64,000 bases of DNA from a virus: the IMG/VR virus record IMGVR_UViG_3300020118_000164, positions 1 to 64,000 of that record; one strand, 5' to 3'. Under the pieces are notes generated by a model. The model was not told where the DNA came from, searched no databases, and saw nothing but the letters and a program-made list of their open reading frames with translations. Position 1 is the first letter of the stretch; each line of letters opens with the position of its first letter. Shown here one piece after another: positions 9,562 to 18,874 of this stretch. The position numbers and the translations under genes are program-made.

Positions 9562-10187
9562 TTGTGAGCACTCCCCTCCGCCCCCGCAGCCGGTTCCCGG
9601 AGGAGGGCGGCGGCGCGGCGGAGTTGGTTGCATGTCTCTTCAACTGCGGCCTTCTCGACGCGACAGCGCCAGAAAGCTAGTGCGGTTAGGGAAAGCGCGA
9701 GGTGCTCTCGCTCCTTCGCATCCATTGCCGCCTTCACAGCCTGCGCTTCTAGTTCTCGGGCGCGACCCTCCAGCCAGGATCGCTGCTCTCCGTAGTCCAT
9801 GCCCCTGGTCATGCTCCGCAGTTGATCGGCCGTCCAGTCAGTCGGCGTCTCCTCGGCCATTGCCGGCACATGGAATCGCCGAGCGTCCGCGAGCGCTTCC
9901 TCCACCGTGGCGCGGACGGGACCGCAGGCGTAGCAAGAGACCTGCTCGGCACCGTCAAGAGAATGCCGGTGCTTCTCGACGACGATGGGCGGGACGTAGC
10001 CATCCGCTGCCGGCGCGCCCCTCGGGTCAACCGCCATCGCCTCGTCGCGCCGCTCCCTCTCGCCCGCGGGAAGGGGATAGGAGCGGAGGAGGGCGATGAT
10101 TTCCTCACGCTGCGCCGGAACCACCGTATTGCAGCGCATCAGGTAGTGGACGATGCTGTCGAGTCGCGCGCGCGTAACGGCCTTCAT
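9558..10187 (-). CDS. hypothetical protein
   Basis: 209-aa coupled ORF. Confidence 0.55.
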   Translation of the reverse strand: MKAVTRARLDSIVHYLMRCNTVVPAQREEIIALLRSYPLPAGERERRDEAMAVDPRGAPAADGYVPPIVVEKHRHSLDGAEQVSCYACGPVRATVEEALADARRFHVPAMAEETPTDWTADQLRSMTRGMDYGEQRSWLEGRARELEAQAVKAAMDAKEREHLALSLTALAFWRCRVEKAAVEETCNQLRRAAALLREPAAGAEGSAHK

Positions 10188-10822
10188 GCCGTAGCCTCCT
10201 CGCCCTCACCCTCCGGACTCACGAGCGAGCCCGCGCCCATCTCCTCGTAGATGATGTCGGCAAGGGTGTCAGCCATGGCCTTGACCTCCTCGGGAACCAA
10301 GCCCTCACCGAACAGGGCGGTGTTGACGCGCTCCGCCGCCTTGTCCGCTTGCCTACGGTACATCCGTTCTGTTGCCTCTTGGAGCGCGACGCCGAAGGCT
10401 CTGTCGTCTTCGTCGTCCTCTCCGTGGAGGATGTTGTGGCAGCGCACCAGCTCGCGCAGAATCACGGCCTCTTCCGGGGTCCACAAGGCCACTGACCAAA
10501 GAACTTCACCGTCTCGCGTCAGTTGAATTTGCTCATAGGTGGGCACACCGTCATACGGACCGCCAACGTCAATCAGGCGCAGAGGGCTGCCGGGGTCGGG
10601 CGCCAGTCCCTTCGCCTCCAATTCGGCGAGGCGCTTCTGCGCTTCAGCAAGCCTCTCTCCGCGGGCTTGCGCTTCCTCCTCGGCGGTCTGCATGCGTTCT
10701 TGGAGGAGGAGGGCTTGCTCCTCATAGCGCGCGTCTCGGTCACGGAGTTCGTTGCGGAGGCGTTCGCATTCTGCTTCGGCCGTGGTGAGACGTTCATGAA
10801 GGTCTTCGTCTACCGGTATCAT
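10184..10822 (-). CDS. hypothetical coiled-coil protein
   Basis: 212 aa, GAGGAG RBS. Confidence 0.6.
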   Translation of the reverse strand: MIPVDEDLHERLTTAEAECERLRNELRDRDARYEEQALLLQERMQTAEEEAQARGERLAEAQKRLAELEAKGLAPDPGSPLRLIDVGGPYDGVPTYEQIQLTRDGEVLWSVALWTPEEAVILRELVRCHNILHGEDDEDDRAFGVALQEATERMYRRQADKAAERVNTALFGEGLVPEEVKAMADTLADIIYEEMGAGSLVSPEGEGEEATA

Positions 10823-11152
10823 TCGGGGCTCCTCTCGTGTACCGCATTGCCTCTGGCGTATTTACGCATCAGCCCCACGACCACGCTCTGGACCGGCGAG
10901 CAATCCACCCACCAGCTCCGCCATGACCTCGCTCTGCTTGTCCGCCACAACGATCGCCTCTAGCCCCTTGATCAGCACTTCTAATTCGCTTCGCGTCAGT
11001 TCGTTCGTGGTCACTGCGACTCCTTCACCGGAATCAGGCCCGGCTCCGCGCGTACCGCCGACCGCAGCGTCGAGGCCGTGGCGACACGGGGAGCCGGGCA
11101 GAGTGCCGGCGGGGTTGAAGCGGAGCGGGTCATTGTTGGCCTCGACGGAGAG

Positions 11153-11237
11153 CACCATAGCATGGTGCTGGAGCGGGGTCAAGCGGTGCGGTCGGGATTC
11201 TCGGAGTTGACGGCGCGGAAGGCACCATGCTATGGTG
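11153..11237. promoter_or_regulatory. divergent promoter pair, each carrying operator A
   Basis: Minus: TTGACC(11182)-N17-TATGGT, operator 11153-11167. Plus: TTGACG(11207)-N18-TATGGT, operator 11223-11237. Coincides with the strand switch of gene blocks. Confidence 0.85.
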
Positions 11238-11256
11238 CGGCTCGAAAGGGGAACGC

Positions 11257-11463
11257 ATGAGCGACGATTCCGATTCGAGAGCAGCGCGCGGCGGCTGTTT
11301 CGGGCTTGGCTCCGTTGTGGCTGCCGTGCTCTCGGCGGCCCTCAATCACTCCTTCTGTTGGGGCTTCCTGCACTTCGTCCTCGGATGGATCTACGTGCTC
11401 TATGCCTTGATCGTGCGGAGCCGGGAAATCCTGCCGGCCCTGCGGCAGATGTTAGGAGTCTAA
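11257..11463 (+). CDS. small membrane protein
   Basis: Hydrophobic 68 aa (GFLHFVLGWIYVLYALI). Confidence 0.65.
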   Translation: MSDDSDSRAARGGCFGLGSVVAAVLSAALNHSFCWGFLHFVLGWIYVLYALIVRSREILPALRQMLGV

Positions 11464-11683
11464 TGATGAGATTCTACGGCCGGTGGGCGGGGAACAAAAC
11501 AGGCACGCCGGAAGACCCGAGTCGCTGCATCGTGCAAGTGCCGCAGCACGCCGGCAGCTACGTGTACCGGCAGTGCTCGCGGAAGAGGGGACACGGCGTG
11601 CACCTCGATCTCTGCGGCATACACGCCCGCAAGGAATTCGCCCGCGGCCGAAGCTGCCTTTACATCCCGCCCGAGGAGGAGTC

Positions 11684-12100
11684 ATGATGAAGCGCAGCAC
11701 CATGTCAGACAAGCTCGACGCCGCCGGAGTCCACGGCAGCGCCCGGACAATCCTCCTCGCCGAGATGGACGATGCCGGGATGCCGTGGGAGGAAGAGGAG
11801 CCGGCTAGCGCAGAGCGCCTCTATTTTCTTGCGGGGGCGATGCTCAATCCAAATCTTCCGCCAGCGTGGGTGATCTCGATGTATTCAAACTGCGTCGGGC
11901 TGCGGGAGTCTGAAGCGCGCGCCGCCGTTGAGTTGTATGGGCGCCGAGTGTCAATCCAGACCGTCATCCGCGAGATGCGCTATCCGACCTATACGGGCGG
12001 GATCGGCCTATCTATACTCGCCCGTTGGGCGGACATGCTCGAAGGTGGTGACGGCGGCGCTCCCGTAAGTCGGCGGCGCCAAGAGGAGGATAAGCTATGA
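11684..12100 (+). CDS. hypothetical protein
   Basis: GAGGAGG RBS, coupled. Confidence 0.55.
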   Translation: MMKRSTMSDKLDAAGVHGSARTILLAEMDDAGMPWEEEEPASAERLYFLAGAMLNPNLPPAWVISMYSNCVGLRESEARAAVELYGRRVSIQTVIREMRYPTYTGGIGLSILARWADMLEGGDGGAPVSRRRQEEDKL

Positions 12101-12335
12101 GCGAGTACGCCGTGATTCAGGCCGGGGACGCCGTGCGCATCGAGCCCGTAACAAATCCCTTCCGCCGCGGAGTCACCCTGCGCGAAGCCTTCCGCCGGGC
12201 GCGCCAACTGGCGGGATGGGCGCCGGAAGAGCGGGAGGGCGGCGAGATCTGCCGGCGGTGCGGCGGCGCGGGCTGCGGGCTCTGCGATGGCGAGGGTCAC
12301 ACGTTGAACCGCGCGGATGATGAGGAGGATCTGGT

Positions 12336-12872
12336 ATGAACGCGGCGAAGCCGGTGAATCCTCCAACAGACGAAGAGCTGAGGCTGCTCGCGGCGACGGC
12401 TGGCAGTCACGCGCGGGTTTTGCGCGGGGTGGACAGAAAGCGGTACCTCCGAATCGAGGCACTGCTTGCCGCCTACCCGATGGATCGCGACGCCCTCGCG
12501 ATTACGGCGGAGGAATCCGCCGAGATACTTAGCGAGGTTGCGTTAGGACTCGCATGGGCGGCCGGCGATGCCGAACCGCCGAGGTACTGCGCGGAAGGCT
12601 GTTCACTGCCTCACCTCGGCGCGCGCGCCAACGCCGCAATTCATGAAGCGGTAGAAGCAGCGGCGGCCGGGACCCGGGCACCTCCGGGCGTGTGGCATCA
12701 TCTTCCTGAGCTACCGCCGGAAAGCGCGATGGTGCTCGTCGCCTCATCCTCATGGCCGCACCCCGTTCTTTGCATGCATCGCGGCGGTCGCTTCCTCATG
12801 GAGGTTGATCGTGAGGTGCCGCGGCCGTTCGCGTGGATGCCGGGTCCCCGCTTGCCGGAGCGCCGGCCATGA
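12336..12872 (+). CDS. hypothetical protein with DUF551-like C-terminus
   Basis: WHHLPELPPE..VLV..AWMPGP pattern. Confidence 0.5.
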   Translation: MNAAKPVNPPTDEELRLLAATAGSHARVLRGVDRKRYLRIEALLAAYPMDRDALAITAEESAEILSEVALGLAWAAGDAEPPRYCAEGCSLPHLGARANAAIHEAVEAAAAGTRAPPGVWHHLPELPPESAMVLVASSSWPHPVLCMHRGGRFLMEVDREVPRPFAWMPGPRLPERRP

Positions 12873-13530
12873 GCTGGCCGCAGGCATGCGTTGAGATCGC
12901 GGGATTTATCTTCGGTGCCGTGTGCGTCCTCGGGCTGGTCACCTTTCTTGAGGGCGAGGCGATTGTCCGCGCATGGAGGAACAAGCGATGAGCGCGAGCG
13001 TCGAGGAGCGGGAGCGGATCGCGCGCGGATGGCTCCTGCTCATTCGCGCCCACGATCATATCTTACGGCGGCGGGAGATCCCGCTACGGGACCGCAAGGA
13101 CACTTGCGACCTGATGCATCGGCTCAGTATCGAGGTGCTCCGATGATCGTAGACTTATACCGACACCTCCGCCGAATCCTGGGCGAGAGGCAGACCGAGC
13201 ACGCCCTCCCGCAGTGCGCGGACCCGGCGTGTGCCCGGATCTTCGTCCGCACCCGGCCGGGGCAGGCGCTGTGCCAGCGCTGCGAGGACGCGACCCGCGA
13301 GGCTGAGGCGTCCATCGTGCCGCTAGAGATCTGGCGCGGAAGGGCGGCGAAGTGACCGGCCTTACGGTCGCTGCTGGTGCTCGGCGCCCCAAACCGGCGC
13401 CGCCCTGCGATATGCCGGAGGGCTGCTGTTTCTGCGATAAACCGGACATCTGCCGATGCCAGCGCTGCGGCCACCGATGCTGCGGGGACTGCGTCAAGAG
13501 GCACTTATGCAGGCGGCGCCCGGTGACTCG

Positions 13531-14094
13531 GTGACCGCTCCCACTCCCTCCGCCCTCACCAAGAGGGAACTCGACCGTCGCGGATGGCCCTGGGCGCAGG
13601 GGGAGTATTTTCAGGTGATGGGCGATCCGAAAGATGCCGGCAGGCTCGCCGCGTTCCTGGAGTGCGTCGCGATGATAGAGAGCCTGTCATCCTTCACCGC
13701 CGACGCTTTCACGGCTGACGTTCTGCGCGCGACGCTCGGAGATCTTCGCGGAGCCGTGCTCACTCGTGCGGCCGCGATCAAGCAACGCGAGGGACCGCCC
13801 GGCGTCAAGAAGGATTTGTTCGGCTACGGGGACTTGTTGGTGCTCGACGGCCACCCCGGCTCGCTCCTGATCCAATGCACCTCGGCCTCCAACGCGAGCG
13901 CCAGGGTCGCCAAGATCAAGAGCCTGGACGTGGCCCGCGAGTGGCTCTCCGCGGGCAATCGAATCCAGGTCTGGGGCTGGGCAGAGCGACCGGTAGATGA
14001 GGCGCAGGCGTTGCTCCTGCGTGGCGCCCGGAAGCCCCGGATGTCCTGGCAGGTCCGGATCGTTCCCGTCACCATGGACATGTTCGGCGCTTGA
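13531..14094 (+). CDS. putative PD-(D/E)XK-fold nuclease/resolvase
   Basis: DLFGYGDLL..IQCTS..N..AR..KI..IQVWGW pattern seen in phage proteins. Confidence 0.5.
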   Translation: MTAPTPSALTKRELDRRGWPWAQGEYFQVMGDPKDAGRLAAFLECVAMIESLSSFTADAFTADVLRATLGDLRGAVLTRAAAIKQREGPPGVKKDLFGYGDLLVLDGHPGSLLIQCTSASNASARVAKIKSLDVAREWLSAGNRIQVWGWAERPVDEAQALLLRGARKPRMSWQVRIVPVTMDMFGA

Positions 14095-14120
14095 CGCTCC
14101 GCGCGCACCATGCTATGGTG
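14091..14120 (+). promoter_or_regulatory. promoter with operator A
   Basis: TTGACG-N17-TATGGT; operator 14106-14120. Confidence 0.85.
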
Positions 14121-14947
14121 CGTCTGTTCGAGGCCGTCATGCAACGCATTCCAAGTTTCCACACCTCTCGGCTGTCGCTGGCTCGCTAGCCGCCGCGGTC
14201 GGGATTTACAACCGAGGTAACGCCTCATGAGAGAGTGCAAATCGACGCGCGGCACGGCGCCCAAGGGCGTTCGGACTCAGACGCAATGCAGCGGTCATGA
14301 GGATTGCAACCGCGGCAAGTGCAACCACCCCAAGCCGTGGTGGCACGCTCAGGAAGCGAAGAAGTAGATGGCCGCCGGTCGCTTCCGTTCCCCGAAGCAT
14401 CCGAAGCAGTCCAAGGTCGCCCGCGGAGGGATGACGGACGACAAGACGCGCCGCTGGCTTACCTACCGTGAGGTGCTCGACGGCACAGAGCCGTCGCTCT
14501 ACACCCCGCCAGCCCGGCGCTGCCTCTACGGACTCCGCAACCTCCTGCGCCGGAAGCGGGAGGCGATCAGGCGGGATCTGCGCAAGAAGGCCGCTCAACA
14601 ATCTGGCGGCTGACGGTGTCTAGGCGGTAGCAGCCCGGCGCGGAGCCGGGTTGTGTCCCTGCGGAGGAGACGGCCATGGCGAAGACAAGCACTCAAATCG
14701 CGCGAATCATACGAGATGAACTGGTTCAGATTGGCAATCGACACCCCGAGGCCGGGCGCGACCTCGATTACTGCATCGGCCTCCTCGATAAGCTGCGCGA
14801 GCGCGCTTCGGATGAAGGCTTCGGCCAGGCGAGAGAGGCCGCTGCGGCTGGCGTCGCGTTGACCGCTTGAGCGTTCTTGCCGCCCATCTCCGCGAGGTGG
14901 GCGACAGCGAGCGCTCAAGCTCGATCGACGCCACAGAGGAGGTTTCT

Positions 14948-15229
14948 ATGCATTTGGCCGCGACCTGTCTCGTCAGCTTCTGGCTCAACCTCGCCCCGGC
15001 GCTCACGCCGGTGGCGATCCTGCCTCAGAACCAGTACAGCGGCGGCTGTCCGAGCCGGTGCGACTGCGCCGACCAATGCGAGGCGGACAAGGAGTATTAC
15101 TGTTGGCCCTCGTGCAGCGGCAAGACCGGCACCGCCTACAACGACTGCATGAACCAGTGCGCAGTCACCTTCAACGCCTGCTATTCGTGGTGCGCCAACA
15201 ACTGCCCCGGAGACTTCGGGGCCTGCTAG
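14948..15229 (+). CDS. small cysteine-rich protein, possibly exported
   Basis: GAGGAGG RBS; hydrophobic N-terminus; 12 Cys in the last ~60 aa. Confidence 0.65.
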   Translation: MHLAATCLVSFWLNLAPALTPVAILPQNQYSGGCPSRCDCADQCEADKEYYCWPSCSGKTGTAYNDCMNQCAVTFNACYSWCANNCPGDFGAC

Positions 15230-15297
15230 GCCGACCTCACCCGCTGCCGCTCGCCATGGTGGGCGGCAACGAGAGATGCCGGACAAGGAGGAAGAGC

Positions 15298-15819
15298 ATG
15301 CCAGAAGAGTCGCCGAGGGAAACCCGAACCGCCGCCGAGGTTCTCGCCTACGTCGGGAGCGACGGCGAGCCGTCATTCCTCGGATTCGACCGTGAGGCGC
15401 TCGCGCGCTTCCTGTCATTCGAGGAGGCGCGGCCGTGGATGAAGCCGGACGCGACCGCGGATGGATGGCCCGCCCCTCTGCCCCGTACACGCGAAGCGTC
15501 GCTTGCTGAGGCCGTGGATTACATTCAGCGTGTCGGGATCGATAAGGCCGTGAACCATCGGGGCATCAGCGCGAACCGCACGGTGGAGAAACTCCGCGTG
15601 TTATGCTGGCTCGCCGGAGATGAAGAGGCGGTGAAGATCTGCGACACCGAGCCGTACCCGAACTATGGCGCGCCGATTCAGCGCGCCCTCTGCCGGCACC
15701 TCGGGGTCAACTACGCCTCGCTACTCGACGCCTACAATCTCGGCGTGTTCGAGGATATGGCGGACGGGCGGACCTGCCGGGCATGTCGAGAAGGACGCGA
15801 GTCGGGGTGCGGCGCATGA
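15298..15819 (+). CDS. hypothetical protein
   Basis: AGGAGG RBS; coupled to the next gene. Confidence 0.6.
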   Translation: MPEESPRETRTAAEVLAYVGSDGEPSFLGFDREALARFLSFEEARPWMKPDATADGWPAPLPRTREASLAEAVDYIQRVGIDKAVNHRGISANRTVEKLRVLCWLAGDEEAVKICDTEPYPNYGAPIQRALCRHLGVNYASLLDAYNLGVFEDMADGRTCRACREGRESGCGA

Positions 15820-16229
15820 AGCCGAACGCGAGCAAGTCGCGCAGTGATCGCCTGAGCGGGGCACCTCTCCATACCAAGTACCGCACCGAGGAGTTCTATA
15901 GCGGCCTGGACGCCGGCATCCGGTTCGCCGTGCGCGTTCTGCATGCTGCGGGCCTCGATACCTGCCAGTCATGCCAGGGCGGCGATGGGCATTCCTACTT
16001 GGAGCCGTCCGTTGATATGGACGCGTGCGGTGACGGCGCGGACGGCCTCGCAGCCCTCGCTGCGCTCAACGCCTACGGCCTAGAGGTGAGCGCCGTATCG
16101 ATCGTTTGGAACGTTCGCCACGGCCTGCCCTATGAGAAGTTGTGGCGACTCACACTCACGCGGGCAGTGGAAGAGCGGGCAGAGGAACGTCCGCTGTTCG
16201 TGTGGTGCTATCAGGCGCAGGAGGGATAG
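15816..16229 (+). CDS. hypothetical protein
   Basis: LDAGI..AV..L...G..TCQSCQGG pattern. Confidence 0.6.
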   Translation: MKPNASKSRSDRLSGAPLHTKYRTEEFYSGLDAGIRFAVRVLHAAGLDTCQSCQGGDGHSYLEPSVDMDACGDGADGLAALAALNAYGLEVSAVSIVWNVRHGLPYEKLWRLTLTRAVEERAEERPLFVWCYQAQEG

Positions 16230-16445
16230 GTGCAAATCGAGATCGTAGAGATCGCAACAGGCGCCGTCGTGCACGCCGTTCAGTGCGACGGCGAGGATCG
16301 TACATCACGCGCAGCGTAGCGCCTAATGTCGGGCGTGCTCAACAATATTGGGCGCTTCAATTGCCGGCTGTCGCGCGGCGGTGACGAAGAGGTTGATGAT
16401 CGGCTAGATCTCGACCGCTACTTCGCCCGGTACTCATCTCCGTGA
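16230..16445 (+). pseudogene. small gene interrupted by an in-frame TAG (16317-16319)
   Basis: GGAGGG RBS, GTG start; the frame continues past TAG to a TGA overlapping the next start (GTGA). Confidence 0.55.
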
Positions 16446-17701
16446 GCCATCGCGGCTGGCGCTCGACCACCCTGAGCCTGGCAGAGCAGCGTTGCCCCGC
16501 TGCTTTAACCTACGCAGAGCAGGGCCGTCCCTACGACCGCCGGATGTTCGCCGTAGGCTCCGCGGCGCACGCGGTCCTAGAGGAGATTGGTAAGGTCAGC
16601 GCAGCGGCAGGGCGCTTCCTGGACACTCTGGAGGCCGAGGAGGTCGCGCGGGTCACCTGCGGCGAGCTGATCGCGTTCGGGCGGGACTTCGAGGGCGACC
16701 GTGAGCCGCCCCTGCCATCGGACTTGGTGTGGCGGGGCCGCGACCTAGCCATGTCCTACGTCAAGGATTGCCCCCTCCCCTATGATGCCCGGTATGAGGA
16801 GGGGCTCGCCGTTGATCGCGAGTGGCGCCCGCAGCCCTACCACGAGGACGCATGGCTGCGCGTACGGATCGATCGCCACGGCACCGCGCTACCGTCCTGG
16901 CTAGACGATGACGAGGGCGCCGGGCCGATCCTGGAGGTCGCCGACTATAAGAGCGCATGGACCGCAGACGAGGCCGAGCTCCAGACGATCCAGCGCAAGA
17001 TCCAAGCGGTCATGTCCTGGGATCGGTGGGGCGCGGATCATGAGGCGCTGCGGCTAGTCGTGGTCAACTTTCGTCTGCGTCGCGAGTTTGAGACGATGGT
17101 CTTTCCGAACACCCCAGAGGGCGCCGCGGTCTTGGCGCGCTGGCGCTCCGATATCGAGACGGAGATCCGGGCGCGCGAGGAGCAAGTAGGCTTCGACGGC
17201 GAGCGTGTCGCGACCCCGGGAGGCCAGTGCTATGGCTGTCCCTACCTGGGCGGCTGCGCACCGGCGCAGGAGTTCCTTCGTTCCGTCTACGGCTCCTCAG
17301 AGCCGCTCTCCATAGCCTACGCCTACGCGATGGCTGAGGCAGAGATGCGGCGAGTTGCGGGTACAACTGCCGCGCCGGGTCCGCTGCGGTTCGCCACGGC
17401 CGAGGAGCCGCTACAGATCGACGGCGCCCAGGTCGGGACCGTGATCGAGATGCAGCGCGCGCTCACCCCGGATGCTGCGGAGGTGTTGGGCGAGGCGTGG
17501 ATCAGGAAGATTCGCACGGGCGAGGCGGAAGCACAGCAGGCGACCATGCCGGGTCTCATTCAGGCCCTGGGGGTCGGGGTCCAACAGGCGGAGAACCTGA
17601 TGCGCTACATCCATCCGAAGGATCGGGATGCCCAGGCTCGCGCCCTCGCTCCGATCCTGACGGAGAAGTCGAAGCGGCGGTTTGGGGTGCATCGGGATTG
17701 A
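16442..17701 (+). CDS. Cas4/RecB-like PD-(D/E)XK exonuclease
   Basis: EQRCP, GSAAHAVLE, VRIDR, VADYKS, C-terminal CYGCPYLGGC. Confidence 0.75.
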   Translation: MSHRGWRSTTLSLAEQRCPAALTYAEQGRPYDRRMFAVGSAAHAVLEEIGKVSAAAGRFLDTLEAEEVARVTCGELIAFGRDFEGDREPPLPSDLVWRGRDLAMSYVKDCPLPYDARYEEGLAVDREWRPQPYHEDAWLRVRIDRHGTALPSWLDDDEGAGPILEVADYKSAWTADEAELQTIQRKIQAVMSWDRWGADHEALRLVVVNFRLRREFETMVFPNTPEGAAVLARWRSDIETEIRAREEQVGFDGERVATPGGQCYGCPYLGGCAPAQEFLRSVYGSSEPLSIAYAYAMAEAEMRRVAGTTAAPGPLRFATAEEPLQIDGAQVGTVIEMQRALTPDAAEVLGEAWIRKIRTGEAEAQQATMPGLIQALGVGVQQAENLMRYIHPKDRDAQARALAPILTEKSKRRFGVHRD

Positions 17702-17727
17702 TTCCCGCAGCGCACCATGCTATGGTG
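17698..17727 (+). promoter_or_regulatory. promoter with operator A
   Basis: TTGATT-N17-TATGGT; operator 17713-17727. Confidence 0.8.
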
Positions 17728-17748
17728 CGCCCTGGAGGTGCCTAGGCG

Positions 17749-18000
17749 ATGGCAACTAAGAAACCGAGCAGGGCGGCGCGCTGGGAAGCGGCGTGCGTCG
17801 GAGCCGAGCTGGCCTTACAAGCGTTGAAGGATGTTCAGGAAGAATATCAGGAGTGGTTCGACAACCTTCCCGAGAATTTGCGGGACTCGGCCGTAGGCGA
17901 GAAACTTGAAACGGTCTGTGATGTCGATGTCGAGGGAGTCCTTGACCAGATCGTCGAGGCTGGTTCGCTTGATCTGCCGCAGGGCTTCGGGAGGGACTAG
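17749..18000 (+). CDS. hypothetical phage protein
   Basis: EEYQEWFDNLPENL motif; GGAGG RBS. Confidence 0.65.
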   Translation: MATKKPSRAARWEAACVGAELALQALKDVQEEYQEWFDNLPENLRDSAVGEKLETVCDVDVEGVLDQIVEAGSLDLPQGFGRD

Positions 18001-18003
18001 GGA

Positions 18004-18324
18004 ATGCGCGGCGCGCCCGTCACGTCTAAGGATCTATCCGACGCCGCCCTCCTCGCCAAGCTCCGCGAGAGGTACGCCCCGACCGTCATCCCGCCGTGCC
18101 GGGTGTGCGGCGGGGAGCTGAGCTTGGAGAGCTTCGGCGGCGGCATGCCGACGATCTGGCGCTGCTCACCATGGCAACCTACTGAGGATGAGCCCCTCCG
18201 GCGCAAGCCTGGCCGAGGCATCGCCGACAAACACTACTCAGATTCGGAGTTCATCGACCGGCGCCAGGGCGGCGATGCCGACGTGATCGAGCTTATCGAG
18301 CGGTTTGAGAGCCACGGATACTAA
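18004..18324 (+). CDS. hypothetical protein (CxxC)
   Basis: 106-aa ORF in operon. Confidence 0.55.
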   Translation: MRGAPVTSKDLSDAALLAKLRERYAPTVIPPCRVCGGELSLESFGGGMPTIWRCSPWQPTEDEPLRRKPGRGIADKHYSDSEFIDRRQGGDADVIELIERFESHGY

Positions 18325-18335
18325 GGGAGGCGGCG

Positions 18336-18563
18336 ATGAAGCTTTTCTTCTGGGATCGACCTAGGCCAACAGGGGACCCAAGTATTTTCTTTGCCGTCGC
18401 CGAATCGGTGGAGGAGGCTAAGCGCCTCGTGCGCTCGGCGCCCAGGTACGACTTTGGAATCTACCTGCAAGATCCGGCCGACTATGATCCCGAAGTTGAG
18501 CTCGGTGAGCCGACGCGCGTCCTAGACCTTCCCTGCGCCGAGTGGCATGAATGGAGCGAGTGA
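18336..18563 (+). CDS. hypothetical protein
   Basis: GGGAGG RBS. Confidence 0.6.
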   Translation: MKLFFWDRPRPTGDPSIFFAVAESVEEAKRLVRSAPRYDFGIYLQDPADYDPEVELGEPTRVLDLPCAEWHEWSE

Positions 18564-18874
18564 TGAAACTCTACCTGCTTACCTTCGATGGTCAGGAGTA
18601 CTACGTTGAGGCGACAAGCATGCATATGGCTCAGGCCGTTTGGTTGGACGCGATGCGCGCGGAGTGGGAATCGGACTGGACGGGTGACGAAGAGCCTGAT
18701 CAGGTCGCCCTCGTTCACGATGAACCCGTCCTTCGCGCCGCTCCCGGCCGTGAGGGCGTACCCGGCGAGCCCGAGCACGGCATGGGCTTCGGCCTAATGA
18801 CGGAGCAGCTCATCGAAGAGGGACTTATCGATCCGCCGACTGCCGCTGACTATCGGGCGGCTAGCGAGGAATGA
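18563..18874 (+). CDS. hypothetical protein
   Basis: TGATG coupling. Confidence 0.6.
   Translation: MKLYLLTFDGQEYYVEATSMHMAQAVWLDAMRAEWESDWTGDEEPDQVALVHDEPVLRAAPGREGVPGEPEHGMGFGLMTEQLIEEGLIDPPTAADYRAASEE

Noticed and set aside
8990-12725. Shared WHxLPELPPE peptide in two oppositely oriented genes
   Set aside because: Short common DUF551-like motif without an extended DNA repeat; no sign of an invertible segment
14167-14216. Stem possibly sequestering the SD downstream of the 14091 promoter
   Set aside because: Only 8 of 9 pairs in GC-rich DNA; not distinguishable from chance
2850-16319. Stop-codon reassignment suggested by the in-frame TGA and TAG
   Set aside because: The two cases use different codons, both codons terminate many genes here, and long core genes have no internal stops
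16442-17701. Cas4-like gene as part of a CRISPR-Cas system
   Set aside because: No array or other cas genes; solo Cas4/RecB-like nucleases are common in phages
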